Shown: positions 13,275 to 26,011 of the stretch, piece by piece
How the letters are laid out: each line of letters opens with the position of its first letter
Numbering within the stretch: the stretch's first letter is position 1
Assembly (NCBI GenBank): GCA_002633005.1
Contig: NMRA01000674.1
Coordinates: 124,001-188,000, forward strand
Length of the DNA stretch: 64,000 bases
Reading direction: 5' to 3'
Source: Phoronis australis
Lineage: Eukaryota > Animalia > Phoronida
Notes under the pieces: model-generated
Database searches by the model: none
Seen by the model: only the letters and a program-made list of their open reading frames with translations
What the model was told of the DNA's origin: nothing
Translations under genes and position numbers: made by a program

Positions 13275-16200
13275 GTACTAGTCCACGAGAGCACCAACCA
13301 TGAGCGGCAAGGTGGGGGTCAGCCGATTTTCACCAAATTTGGCACATATGTAGTCCTATGGTATCTATAAACAGCGGTAAAATATTTCCTCAAAATATTG
13401 CGTTTTTCTAAAGTTATAGGTTCAAACACATTTTACGGTTTCGCAGCCATGTTTTCACGGTATTAAAACTGTCCAGATTTAACTGTTCATATTTTTCCTT
13501 GAATGAAAGCTATTGATTTATTATTCACTTGGCATTTTTTAATGGTGCCTATAAATTGTAACTCAGATGTCTTGAAACAGGATTCCGATTTACCACCCTC
13601 ATTTAGTAGTTTTACTACACTGCCCCCCGTTATGCCATTTTGAGGTTGTGTTCAGTACACTGCTGTACTAAATCTGCCTTCTACATGTAGGTCTTTTCAA
13701 CACTCTAATTGCTACGGGACAGAGGCAACCACACAGAGCCCATAAAGTCAGGGAATTACATTTAAGGTGATGTAATCTCACTGCGAAAAAGTGATTTCGC
13801 AATATCGCTGACAACACTGGAAATCTCTTCTTCACAAACTTGAGGTAGCTGAGGTACCACATCAATGTTCTTATCAAAACTAACCACCACAAAATGAAAA
13901 ATTGGCTTCTCGGTTCCAATTAGGCAGCATTTTACAATGAAATGGTCATGAAAAAATACTTTTGCAACATGGTTTGCATTACAATTGCCCTACGATTACA
14001 GTTGTACATACATACTAGTCCAGTAACAAAATTACCCATCCATGGGAACCATAAAATGGTCAATTCGCCAAAAAAACAAGGAGCCACCAGAGCTAATGTG
14101 CCAATACTTTTCAGTACTGCAACAAAAAATCATTTGAAGTGGACATAAACTCGCCTAAAATCACATAAAACAACTTTTGATTTAGATATTTTACCATCAC
14201 GAAATAGGTATTACTTCCAGGTCACTTTTGAGCAATTTCAGAACTTTGAAAGATCTGGCAATATGCAATTGCTAGAGACCAGACTAATAGTGTGCGATTT
14301 TATACACACAGCATGGTCTCAAGGAATAGCAAACTGTCAATTCGCTACAATTCCAGAAATCACTTCCCATCTGGATAAGGAACAAACTGAGCAAAGTTTA
14401 TAGAGGTAAATGGTCTAAATCAAAACTTATTACCTCCTGGACAGAATATGGGTTTACAACCCAGGTAGAAAGATAAGTTAACAAAACCAGCCTAACTGCA
14501 ACAGGGTCTCAAATTTCAGTAATATATACCCATTTACAAACAAAAATCTATAATGGTAAATAAAATGCGGAAACATAAATTCAGATCAATTATGCATCTT
14601 CAAGGAAAAGGAACAGTACAGTGGTCAGAAATCATCTAAATGTGATGGCGACACTGAGAAATCCTGTCAGACCAAAAAATCCAGTGGCTAAACAAAATGA
14701 ACAATGTACCATTACCATGTGGCCCAGGATCATGATCCGTGCCCGAAGAAAAATTCAGTCTTAGACTAGGTAAATTTTAGATTTGTGCTGTTCACACAAG
14801 CAGTTCTGGTGCAAACAAAGCTTGCGACAACACACAAGCCTACTTCCCTACACAGCTGTGCTGATACAATAATGCCCCCACTGGATTTAGCAGATCAGCC
14901 AGAGTATTTACAGGTCCAGCCACTGTACTATTTCCTCCCTTTGAATTTTTACAATGCTACATGTACATCCTTGACAATCGCAGATTGCCTCTTTCAATGC
15001 ATACTCCACTTCCTCTGTCCCAGTTTCCCCACATTTGCTGAGAGTGGCCTATCTCAAGAAATTATTTTGGACCTGTTGTGGTATAAGCCAATAATCTTTG
15101 GCAAATACTTTTTCCCCCGACTCGTTCCTCAAGCTACAAATTCTCTTTGACATATCTTCTGGGAGTACACTTTACGGCCTCTCTTTTAACCCCCTCACTT
15201 AGTTGTCCAGAAGGGTAACTTCTTGCTGGTTGTGAACTTTTCCATACCCAACCTTTACTAATAATCGGCAAGTCTCCAACTTCAGCAGAAGCCACTTCTT
15301 CAGCATAAGCCTTTCCTGATTCCTAAAATTGTATCAATGAAAAAATTAAACATATTAAATTTAATGAGGTCATTTCGGCTCAGAAAATATGAATACCAAG
15401 CTAAAGTGAAGGCACCAATATTTTTGACGGCTTTAGCATGTTAACTTCATAATCGCAGAAATTCATTGGCAGACATAACATACTCCCTAGTCTCTAAAAG
15501 TAGTTCATGGGCAGAAGTCATGTTACACATTTGGTGGTTGTTATGAAAAGTCATGATGACTACCTATTTTCTATGCCAATGTATACATGTAGTTGCATAA
15601 ACATCAACACATTTGAATAAGCTACGATTAAGCAATAATGCCCAAGTTATAAGCAATCACGGTGTGACAATAAATGTATTTTTGCATGAATGACGTGCTT
15701 CTAAAAACATTCCTCAGGGTCAGACCCTGGAGTTTAGTGATTCCTACCTGAGCTCACACGAAGCAGGACGTTGAACCTTGACTTAACGTCTTTGGTCATT
15801 TTTCAGACCTCTATCAGATTTCTCCTCTAGTGTGCAGTGGATGTTCTAAGTGTCTTTGGCGACGCCAATATATCTCGAGTGTTGTATCGATGATTCGGTT
15901 AAGTGAATCTAATACGGTAGATTATGTAGCTCCTGCACACCTGCCTCCGAGGCCGACAATGAGAGAGACTACTTCTCAGGAGGACACGTTCCACCTCCAT
16001 ATCAGCTGCACGTACTCTTATAAGGTGCTCAAATGTCTCGCTCTATACCTTGTGCACTTCCCAAGAGTTTTCAAACTTGTTTCTCTCCGCAATTTGTAGA
16101 AATACCACATTCGATGCGAATGGCAGTGCCAGATAAATAGATAAATTCGCAAACCCGCACTTTAGGTCAGCCATCATTCAACTAACGCATTGTAAGCTTT

Positions 16201-16957
16201 AGTTTGGTATTCAGACGAGTTGGATGAACAAATTTAGTATAATTTCATATTTTAGTAGGAAATGCTAGTGTCCTTAAAATCAATTAAAAAACATATAAGC
16301 AAACCAATTCTTTTAATTGTTGTATTATACCACGGCACATTAATGCGTAGAAACGGCTCGCAAATAGTGACTGGTTTAACATGACAAATACACATACGCG
16401 GTCTGAAAATAGTGAAATTCAGAACCTATTACCAAGCCTGCCTGAAGAGCTGACAAAGTTTTTATTGTATTAATTTCAAGGGCATGGAGTCTTCTACATG
16501 TCCATGTTATTATTTTTAGTTTTCTCGTGGGGGCAGCTTCGCTAAGAGGGTACAACTTACTGCTGGGTTTTCACAAGAAGGAAATGTACCTCCACGGAAA
16601 CAGTTCCAGTGTTACCATGGTAACCGATATTGCAGTGTCGGTGCCGTTTTTACTGACATTGGCCATGAACCTATCATGTGATATCAAAATTTTTCAGAAA
16701 CGATTCTGTTTGAAGCAGAAACTGGAGTAGAAAATTTGGTCAAAAATGACTCATTCCACACCAAGAAATTGCCTCATTTTGCCCCCAAGAACACTTCCCT
16801 TGTATCTCCTTAACAACCAAACTTTGTGATGTCATACTTCACCCAATTTCTCTCATCCCTAATGTGATTTATCAGACTAAACATGGATCTGAATGTCTGA
16901 CCCCCCACCTTGCCGCTTGTTGGCTGTACAGTGGTCGGTGGATCCGTGGACTGATAC
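13275..16957 (-). mobile_element. 3.7-kb non-autonomous TIR DNA transposon flanked by TTAA, with an Academ-like Cys-rich C-terminal relic
   Basis: Left TTAA|GTACTAGTCCACGAGAGCACCAACCA...GCGGCAAGGTGGGGGTCAG; right revcomp TTAA|GTATCAGTCCACGGATCCACCGACCA...GCGGCAAGGTGGGGGGTCAG. Minus strand 14790-15010 gives frameshifted H.KR..., GW...IQW and C....VCT..CLCE motifs. Confidence 0.75.
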
Positions 16958-17769
16958 TTAAATGTAAAGAATTATTTCTTGAAAAGAGATGACAAAGAAT
17001 ATATAACGGCAATTGAGTATTGAAGTTTGAAATTTCCTGAAAACAGTTCAATAGAAACCATATTTGATATTTTATTTACCGACGAAGCAGCGCCCGAGTC
17101 GCAGACGATATAATATGTAGCAATTCAAAACCGAGACAGAATTGCCACATAATTTACAATTTTGTTACAGATGTTATGCTTGAGACCTGGCTGCATATTG
17201 AGTGTTATTCATAATGCTGCAATTGTACTGTAACTTCAAACTTTTTGGGGATAGTTTGATGAACGAGCTGGTGAACGACGTCGAGTTGACATTGATAAAC
17301 CCTTGGAACTATCCATGTCAGAGGCAGTCTTGAAGTAGCGCGAGAGGGGGAATAGGAAAACAATATCACATAGCTGGATTGCACTTGACTGATTCAACTC
17401 GTATAGGATAAACTGCTTTCCATTATGGTCCTAGTATAATTTGATCCTTAATAAGCTTTTTGCACCTTGGTCATTTGACAATCAATTTCAATGGCGGAAC
17501 ACAGTAGATCCATATCAGATTCAGAAATGATTTTGAGAGAACATTATTGTGTAGACAGAGAGGTGAGAGGATACGGGCATCACACTAGAGTACTTGAAGA
17601 ATCAGATAATGGATTCAATTTTTACCGGATGAACTTGACCCACTTGAACCAGAAATGTTGCAAACATACAACAGTATGTCAACCACAACACGCTGTACCA
17701 AGTGGTGCTAAATATGCACAATATACATGTAGACACTTAATAATCACTGAAAAGGCCACAGTAAAACAG

Positions 17770-18640
17770 TAATTCATGATGTCTAAGGTCAGTCTTATAT
17801 TTTCACCCATACATCTTCCTTTTATAAATCCCGTCTGAAGCGGGGAAATTATAAATCCAAGTACCTTTTTCATTCCCCCTGCAATACATCCAGATGCCAA
17901 CTTGTAAACACTGTTTAGCAATGCCATTGGTCTCCAGGTTTTTATGATTTTTTTAGCCTTATCTGGCTTTGTAATTAAAGTTACCACCCCGTTTTTGCGT
18001 ATTTCTCAGTTTGATTTTTAATTTCTTACATTCACATGTTTTATTATAAACAGTCTAAACGTTTCCAGAAAAACTTGAAAATTTCGTTTGTGAAACTATC
18101 TTTTTCAAATTTTATGTTTGCAAATATTGACTGTCATTAGCATAAGTTTTTTTCGTCAAAATTTGCGGTCACATCTAATGTATTTTATTGATTTTGTAAT
18201 TATTTTCCCACTTCCCACTTCTATAAAACTGTCTCGATTTTAAGCTACCAAAATATTTTGTTGGGCTTTCTCCCTCCTCTATCCATTTTGCCCTGAATCT
18301 GGCGTATTATCCATTTAATTTCTGTGACCTTATCTCTAGAAGAGCACGCACTCCTTTTCCTTTCTAGATCTTAAAATTTCTATCACCAACACATTGTTCT
18401 GAATTCTGTATTTATTTTTCTAATTTATTATTTTGCCTATCTAATTTTTCTTTCATCGAATTGTGAGAAAAATGACCTTTTGTATCCCCATTACTTGCAC
18501 ATCTAAAAATAATTCGTCTTTAAGATAAACTGAGTCTCATTGTTTTGTCTTGCTTTTTAACATTAGTTATCGTGTCTTGAACGGTGTCCTCTGTTTATTT
18601 TTACAAAAGGTGCGCAACTGAGAGTTATTAACTCATTGCT
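17770..18640 (-). pseudogene. L1/Tx1-clade LINE ORF2 (RT) fragment
   Basis: VTLITKPDK..KTWRPMALLNSVYKLASGCIA...IISPLQTGFIKGRCMGENIRL (RT domains 0-2) and an upstream R.RAKW.EEGE...KYF-like motif near 18250-18300; frameshifts and stops. Confidence 0.9.
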
Positions 18641-19419
18641 GTATGCAAAAAGTGTTTTTACTTAAAAGTCTATGCGTCAATAGACTTTAACACCACTTTG
18701 AATTCGTGTCAAACGTAAAGTCTTCAACCAAAAGTAAATTTCTCTCCACTATTGATGATATAATAACACATTTAACAGTACTCTATTTTGTTTCAAATTT
18801 TGGTTTTTAAATAACTGGTAAACTACAAAAGTCATAGATAAAGGTCTTTGGCATTTTTCAAAACACAAATGGCAGGAAATTTTAGTTGTGTAATATTAAG
18901 TAAAGTATCTTGAAAGGCATGATTATCTTTCAAATACATGTGTGCATTCGTAAAATCCTCCTTAGACCATGGAACCCCAGAAGGCCCAGATATTCAAAAA
19001 TTTTCTTAAAAATTTTTTTGAGTTCAATAATACTTGAAGATAGATCACTAGATGATGAGAAAAGAATTTAAAAAAAACTTTGCACTCAATGACCTCGTTT
19101 TATACAATGTTGCAATTTTGCAACAGTGGGAGCTGATGGTAGAAAATGTCCTATATTTAGCCAGACATGTGTTTGTGAAAATCACTACAAAACAACATCA
19201 GATGGAACACTTTATTGATGACAATTACCCTAATTATCAGCAAAAGCTAAGTTTGGTGTATTTGTAAACATTTTGTTTGGTGCATATGAAATTTCACCCT
19301 TCTCTTATCCCTGTAATGCTGTCAACATGTGTTCCAAGACCTCAGTCCTCGGTTGCCCCTACGGGCCAGTAATTCACATTGCTGCATCTAAACATACAGT
19401 TTAGTTGTGGTAACTAAGT

Positions 19420-20345
19420 ATGATAGAGACGGAAACAGTTTTTTGTGAAGTAAAGCACAGATGAAGTTCACATTTCTCGCATGCAATTCCAGTAAAACCG
19501 TCAGCACAGTACTTGCAACGACCTCTTTTCGCAACTTTTATGGGCCAGTGACCAACATCATCGCATCTAACCTCACGCGGAAGTGCTGCCTTTCTTGCCT
19601 TCTTTGGTAGTGCAGGTTTTGGCAATTTAACCTCATCCAACGATGGCCGGCCTCGCTTGAGAGCTTTGCACATGATCAGTGAAGTTGCAACTTGGGCCTG
19701 GAACATTCTCAGCTTCATGAGGTCCCCTTCGGGCTTTTGAAGAGCACGAAATTCCTTTTGGTACAATAGTCAAGCATTTACCACAGCAACGGATATAGTG
19801 TGCCAAAACAGGTACAGGTACCACCTTTTGGACGTGATGCCGTACTAGTACTTTGCTGACAGAGCACCCAACAGGTCGACACCATACATAAATTTATTGT
19901 ACTGACTGACACAAAATGGCCTTGGGATTTGGACATGTGACTTGGAGCTCTTGTCCCATCTTCTGACAATATCAGTAGGATTAGCACCAACAAAGGATGA
20001 AATGACAGTTACTGGCTTGTTGTCATTCCAGTGCACAACGCAGATGTTTTCGTTGACCTCGACTTTTTCTTCATAGGAACCTCTTCCTTGTTTTTTCATT
20101 TCCTTTTCACTTTTGAGGCTGCACCCTTGGATAAGATTGGTTCGTATAGTACCCAGGTACTGTATTCCACGTTCATGTAGCTTGTTAACCAGCTTGATAC
20201 CAGAAAAGAAGTTGTCCGCAATTATTTTGTAGTTCTTGTGAGATGGCAAAGTTGCTGACAAATTCAAAACAACATTCGCACACAGGCCCAGCTCAGATTT
20301 AAACGTGCGCTGACTGCCTTGGTAAACGTCAAAATCATAAATAAC
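19420..20345 (-). pseudogene. piggyBac (PGBD3-like) transposase, C-terminal half, frameshifted
   Basis: YDFDVYQG, ADNFFSG, GTIR.N, W.DNKPV, YNKFM.GVDL, and the C-terminal Cys-rich domain GHWP...RGRCKYC...CEKCELHLC. Confidence 0.95.
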
Positions 20346-20849
20346 GTAGAAAATATATCTGAAACTAAATAAGGCGATCCAGATCCTCCCAAGGATATTA
20401 TTGTTTCATGAAATGAAGAATATAAATCGGTAAATAAAACAACAAGAATGGATCAACTGAAAATTAAAATTTTCGGATGTAATAACTTCCTTTATCAACA
20501 AAAACAGAAATAAAGTAAAATCAAACACAAAATGACAATTGACATATAAGATATGGTGAAAATGAAACATTTTTGCGTAAAAAATTCAATGACATATTTT
20601 AAGAAGTTACGCAAAAAATGTATCATTTCTAATTCAAATAGTTTGTTCATTTGTCAAGAGAGGTCCCTCATACTGTAGCATTACTGCAACAATGGGCCTT
20701 GGAGGTTACACGATCAATAATATAAGCACAGAATAATTGAGGGTTAACTATAGATTATCAAAAGTGGTGGTTTCAATATTACAACAAGGGGCATTCCAGG
20801 GTAAACTTCTTAAATTATATCATTGAATGTCAATTGTCATATACATGTA

Positions 20850-21310
20850 GAATGAGACGCCCGTTTAAACGTTGTAACCTTTTAAAAAGATACTGCGTGA
20901 CGAACACGTGTCTTATCGTTTCGTTTTAAAGTTTAAACGTGATACAGCGAGTACAACGAGACGGATACTTTAGCGTTATTAACCTTTGGAACGATGCAGG
21001 ATGACAAACACAATTCTTGTTGATTCTTTTTAAAGTCTAGAACGTTTCATGAAGTTAAACTAGAGCCACGCTTAAATTTCGTTACTCCCTTTGTACGATA
21101 CAGAGTGAGGAAAGCGCGTCTCGTTGTATGGTTTTAAAACATGGAACCATACAGCGATTAGAATGAGATGCACGTACGCTTTACCGCTGACACCTCTTAG
21201 AACGATGTAGCGTAATAAACGCGTATCGTTTTTACATGTATGCCAAAAACGATACAGTGCTTTGGACGAGACAGACGTTAAAACCCTTAGAACGATGCAG
21301 GGTGAAAAAT
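20850..21310 (+). repeat. Diverged ~105-bp dimeric satellite of ~52-bp units starting AACGATACAG
   Basis: Recurring (G)AACGATACAG...(CTG)TATCGTTTTAAAGTCTAG and ...AAACGTTGTAACCTTTGG units; same family at 43070-43420, 43975-44300, 45030-45110. Confidence 0.75.
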
Positions 21311-22160
21311 AGCCCGAGAGTCCAGAGATTTTGAGCATGAAAAGGTAACCAATTTTCTTTGATACCAGAGTGATCCATAGGTATCCCAATGCCAGGAAAT
21401 GTCATCTGGCAGGTTCATTCTGGTGGGTATGGTCAGAGAGCAATGAAAATGACTTTCAACAATTGAGCCTGATCAACTTTTCTGGAAAAAAATTAAAAAA
21501 ATAAATGTGACAACTATTACTCAAATCACTGTATCAAAATTATTCACTGCCAGACAACTTCTGAGGCGGTTTTGACCGTGCTAGGTAAAGAATAGCGGGG
21601 TCCCACAACTGAGCGAGATCAATCCACGAGGTAACTGCATGAAACTGGCTACAAATTAATAATCATGAACCAATATATCTTGAATGATTACTTCCAGACA
21701 TATTCAGTGGTGCATTGCAATGTACCTTAGCCAGACACACATCTACACTTTCAGCTAGCCCAATACATTAGCTAACCGGTTGAAACCAACTGTTTAACAC
21801 CCAGCATCACTCCAAGCGGTGCACCAGTTGTGCCACAAAATCTCAGTGGTGGGGTACCCTGTCAGATAAATATTTAATAAGGTCCGAAAATTGAGCTAGA
21901 TCAAGCCAAGGAGTAATCGAATAAAATTGGTTGCAAAATATTCAACACAACATCACGTACCATGAATGAACACTGCCAAAAAAATCCAGAGGTGGGTAAA
22001 TCCCGCCACTACGCCCAGACCTCAGAGCCGAGCTTGGCTAACCCACCAGGTAACCAGTTGAAACCAAGTGCAATGTGTTCCACATCACTCACCATGTGGC
22101 AACTATTAGATGCGAACAATCTCGGTGTGGCATTAGTTCTGCTGAACAAAAATTAAGGGT
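21310..22160 (+). mobile_element. Unclassified interspersed element; inverted copy at 44300-45010
   Basis: 21341-21690 is the reverse complement of ~44655-44985 (e.g. GAAACTGGCTACAAATTA vs TAATTTGTAGCCAGTTTC; GGGGTCCCACA vs TGTGGGACCCC). Confidence 0.75.
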
Positions 22161-22252
22161 CAATCTTGAAACAACGTTAGCCATAAGGCGCGTGTACAAT
22201 GAATGTACATGTACATGTATACAGCAAGAGTCACGCAATAATGGACCATTAA

Positions 22253-22658
22253 GTACTAGTCCACCAGAGCACCAACCATGAGCGGCAAGGTGGGGGTCAG
22301 CTGATTTTCACCAAATTTGGCACATATGTAGTCCTATGGGATCTATAAACAGCGGTAAAATATTTCTCCAAAATATTGCGTTTTTCTAAAGTTATAGGTT
22401 CAAACACATTTTACGGCTTCGCAGCCATGTTTTCACGGTATAAAAAGTGTCCAGTTTTAACTGTTCATATTTTTCCTTGAATGAAAGCTATTGATTTAGT
22501 ATTCACTTGGCATTGTTTAGTGGAGCCTATAGATTGTTACGCAGATGTCTTTTGAAACACGATTCCGATTTACCACCCTCATTTATTAGTTTTACTACAC
22601 TGCCCCCCGTTATGCCATTTTGAGGTTGTGTTCAGTACACTGCTGTACCAAATCTGCC
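22253..22658 (+). mobile_element. Second copy of the left end of the 13275-16957 transposon
   Basis: Near-identical to 13275-13678, also preceded by TTAA (22249-22252). Confidence 0.9.
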
Positions 22659-23551
22659 CCCACTGTTATGAGAATGAAACTTAGCCAAAATGTTGACAAA
22701 ACTTGTTACTTTCATTGCATAACATAAAAACTTTGTCAGCCAGTTTATTAGTTATACATTTTGGCACCTCAAATGTACTAAAATTAGAAATTTTCATATA
22801 TCAGATCGATGCGTGAGCACCGTAAAATCCGATTGTCCTTCATGTTTTTCGATATTTTGCGACCAGTTAGTTCCTCCTGAATGTTTTGAACGTTTTACTA
22901 CTGATCACTTAAGGCTATAGTACCCCTAAATACCATACATGGCTCCATTTTGTAAAAAGCCGATTATGTCCTCAACAGTGAACAGGGTTAGACATGAACT
23001 CGACAAATGTAGGTTATTTTGATTTACAGTTGTTTTACTTTGCAATTTCCTCATGGGTATTTCTTCACACATATTCAAGTCAGATTTTCTGTTGATCAAA
23101 TTGATTGAGTGAAGATTTTCGCGATTGTACAGAAGGCGGCATAAGGAAAACAGGAGGGCACCACTGGCCAAGGTTCAAGTTTTCTAGATGACATAGTCCT
23201 GAATAATTGTAACAATGGGGGGTCATTGATTCAGGCGCAAGGTCTTCATTTGCAAGGGTTGCTTCTTTACGCAAAGTCTTTATTTTTTGCTTGACCTCAT
23301 GCATTATGATTTGGAGCATTGTATCCCTGCCCCTCTTTGTTCGAGAAAGCGCCCTTACGGCAACTGGTACATGTACATTGCGATTTTCTAGATTTCTCCT
23401 TGCAACTTTTGAATGCCCTCGCTTTATCTCCATGTTGTTGGTATTTACAATTACAAGAAAGTATTGAGAATATTCAAGTGGCACTGCGCACAAGACACTG
23501 AAAGATAAGTTACGAATTTGCACAGGACAGTTAAATTTTGAGCTCAATGTT

Positions 23552-23797
23552 AATGTGCGCACCCAACGTTTAAAATTTGGGTCCTTTTTCACGATGTGGA
23601 CCTTTTACTATCAAAAGACGGGAGGACTAAATAAACGGGGTACCACGTTCAGAGCTCTGAATTGTGCGTTTGCGCCTATTTAAAGGAATTTTGTTACGTT
23701 TTTCACGGACTTCTTGTTTCTCTGAGGCGGACTTATTAGCTCAATTCTCCAAATGGGGGGCCGGGGTTTCCTCCGAGCCCACCTGGGTGCGTGCATG
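23552..23797 (+). mobile_element. ~245-bp MITE (hAT-like termini), same family as 62379-62626
   Basis: ATGTGCGCACCCA...CTGGGTGCGTGCATG termini; interior GGACCTTTT..CGGGAGGACTA..CGGGGTACCAC..CTGAGGCGGAC is colinear with 62379-62626. Confidence 0.75.
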
Positions 23798-24170
23798 ATG
23801 TTTACCTTACGCATTGCTGTCGCAAACGCCATTCACAGACAGCGAAACAGCTTGGTTGTCATTTTGCCATTCACTGGCATTTGGGGCCCATTTCAATTAA
23901 AACATAGCGCACTACGTTTATTCACCTAAACACCGTCTCATTCTCATTTGAGGCAGTCCAAATACCACAACGGGAACTCATGCAGTGGCCTATAACTTAG
24001 CACAAAACTTGTAGTGAAGCTTGCAGAAATCAACAACTTTGCATAAAAGTATATTTCTTTTTTCTTGCCGGTGGATCATTAGAATTAATTGGATAAATCT
24101 AGAAACTTGTCCATTACCTGTTGCAAATGAATTTCTGAAGACGAACATCAGAGCCCTAACTTAAAACCTT

Positions 24171-24692
24171 TTAAACATTAAAATTTCAAATATGTGCACA
24201 AAGACTATTAAATGTCACATCAACAGCTTTTATTTTTATCAAATACATACAATAATTCATTAAATACAATCAGCTTCATGTAACGCCAATTAAAGACAAG
24301 TAGTGGTGGCATTTTGGAAACGCACACTTGACTGACAGGACCGCAATGGCTCATCTTTGGCCTATTTAAAGATTGAGGACACGAAGTCGCATCACCTAGT
24401 GAGCGCGGTAAAAACTGGAGCGTGCGCAGTGTAAAAATGGTGAGTTCACGATTTTGCGAACTGAACTAGTCACTGCTCGAAGAAAAACTTTGATAACGGG
24501 AGTACATGTATTTGTTCGAGTTGGAAGAAATTAAACACATCGACAACTTCCTAAGGTGTCCCTCTATGCGTATAAGGTATTTATAAAAACGTGACTTTCA
24601 TGCTTTAGCCAGTGCAAGGCATAATTCGCCAAAAAGCTTCGGGCGTATGGAGCCCTTATAGGAGAGCCCGCAGAGGCGATGGTCATTGCCTA
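24171..24692 (+). mobile_element. 5'-truncated copy of the MULE-like MITE at 2685-3602
   Basis: Colinear with 3080-3602 and ends in GGTCATTGCCTA. Confidence 0.9.
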
Positions 24693-26011
24693 TCACCAGG
24701 TTTGACCACCATAACGTTATCACTTACACTCGTCTTAAAGTCCTGGACTCACACGTTGTTAAACCTTATTAAATGGTTATATGATATTATAAGGATCCAA
24801 GAAGTACCTACCACATAACTATTACACAATCCGTAATCGAATAAAGCTTAAATAAACGCGCCAAAAACGATTCGCATCGGAAGAACACACGTCCATTTGG
24901 AACTTATCGCGAACCAGGAAGTACAATTCTTTCAGGAACCCATGCTAAGAAAACCCCGTCAGTGCGACTGGAGTTTTCCCGGTTACCAGCGCAGAATGGG
25001 GAATGTTGGACAAAACCCTTTTGTCCACTGACGTCACACGCATGCTGGCGCCCTCAGTGGAGGTTAGGAGACTTTGCACTGGTGGCCTGCCCTTGTAGAG
25101 TCTGCAGTTTGTTTACAAAACTGGTAACTTGACTCAGCGTGGTAACATCATTTGTATCAAACAAAGATACTCTATACCGAAATATTTGTTTGTATACCAG
25201 GCCACGGACAGTGCTGTTCTTGAATGGAATTATTTATGGATATTAAGGCAATCCTTTGGCAAATATGAGCAGACTTTGAACATACCATTTTGTAAGACAT
25301 AACCTTCAAAATTTTAATAAAAAATTAACGAATGCTATCCTGCGTATGACCTTGCTTACCAGTACGACATTCTTTTGGGCACGTTGAGTTTGTTGTCACG
25401 AGAACCGACTCACCTGTTTTGTGGAAAGCTTCCCCACAGCTTTGAACACAGACTCGTTTTGGGGTTCTGGAATATAATGATTTATTCACTACACCAACTT
25501 GTCCACCTTTGCTACAATAAGGCTACCGATGTTCACGGAATTTGCTTGATGGAGCAATTATGTGCGAAGACTAAATCACGGGTAACGTGTGAACTTGACT
25601 AACACGGTGCGAGTTTGTTGATCAAGAGCTGTTGATGACATCAGATTTTATATCCTTTTCATTTCCTACATGTACGAATCGTTGAAAAGCGCCATCCAAG
25701 TCAAAACCAAGTATCTTGAAATATAACCCGTTTCAAATACCTGACCTTAGACATGACGCAGTAATCTAATACCTGACACGTTTTGATACCCATGTTGATA
25801 CCAAAATCAATGAAAACCACACCCATTTCTCATAATCATGAGCTGCCAGCAAGAATTAATTCGATTGTGCGTATCCAAACACAATGCGTTTTTCCCATAT
25901 TTCATTTGAAACCTGAAGTTGGTCTAGTGCGGCATCCCTATCAACCACGACAAGACAATTCAGCCGACCACCTCAATCACCATTTATGGCATCCACATTG
26001 ACTCTGCCACC

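Noticed and set aside
20850-21310. CRISPR-like repeat-spacer appearance
   Set aside because: Repeats are degenerate, the 'spacers' are mutually homologous with dimeric periodicity, there are no cas genes, and the context is eukaryotic.
23080-23592. 170-aa ORF with a THAP-like 'KDPNFKRW' start
   Set aside because: The start lies inside the 23552-23797 MITE and the THAP Cys/His pattern is missing.
25028-25062. CRE (TGACGTCA) and near-CTCF motif
   Set aside because: Short motifs, the CTCF-like site is one base short, and no linked gene is evident.
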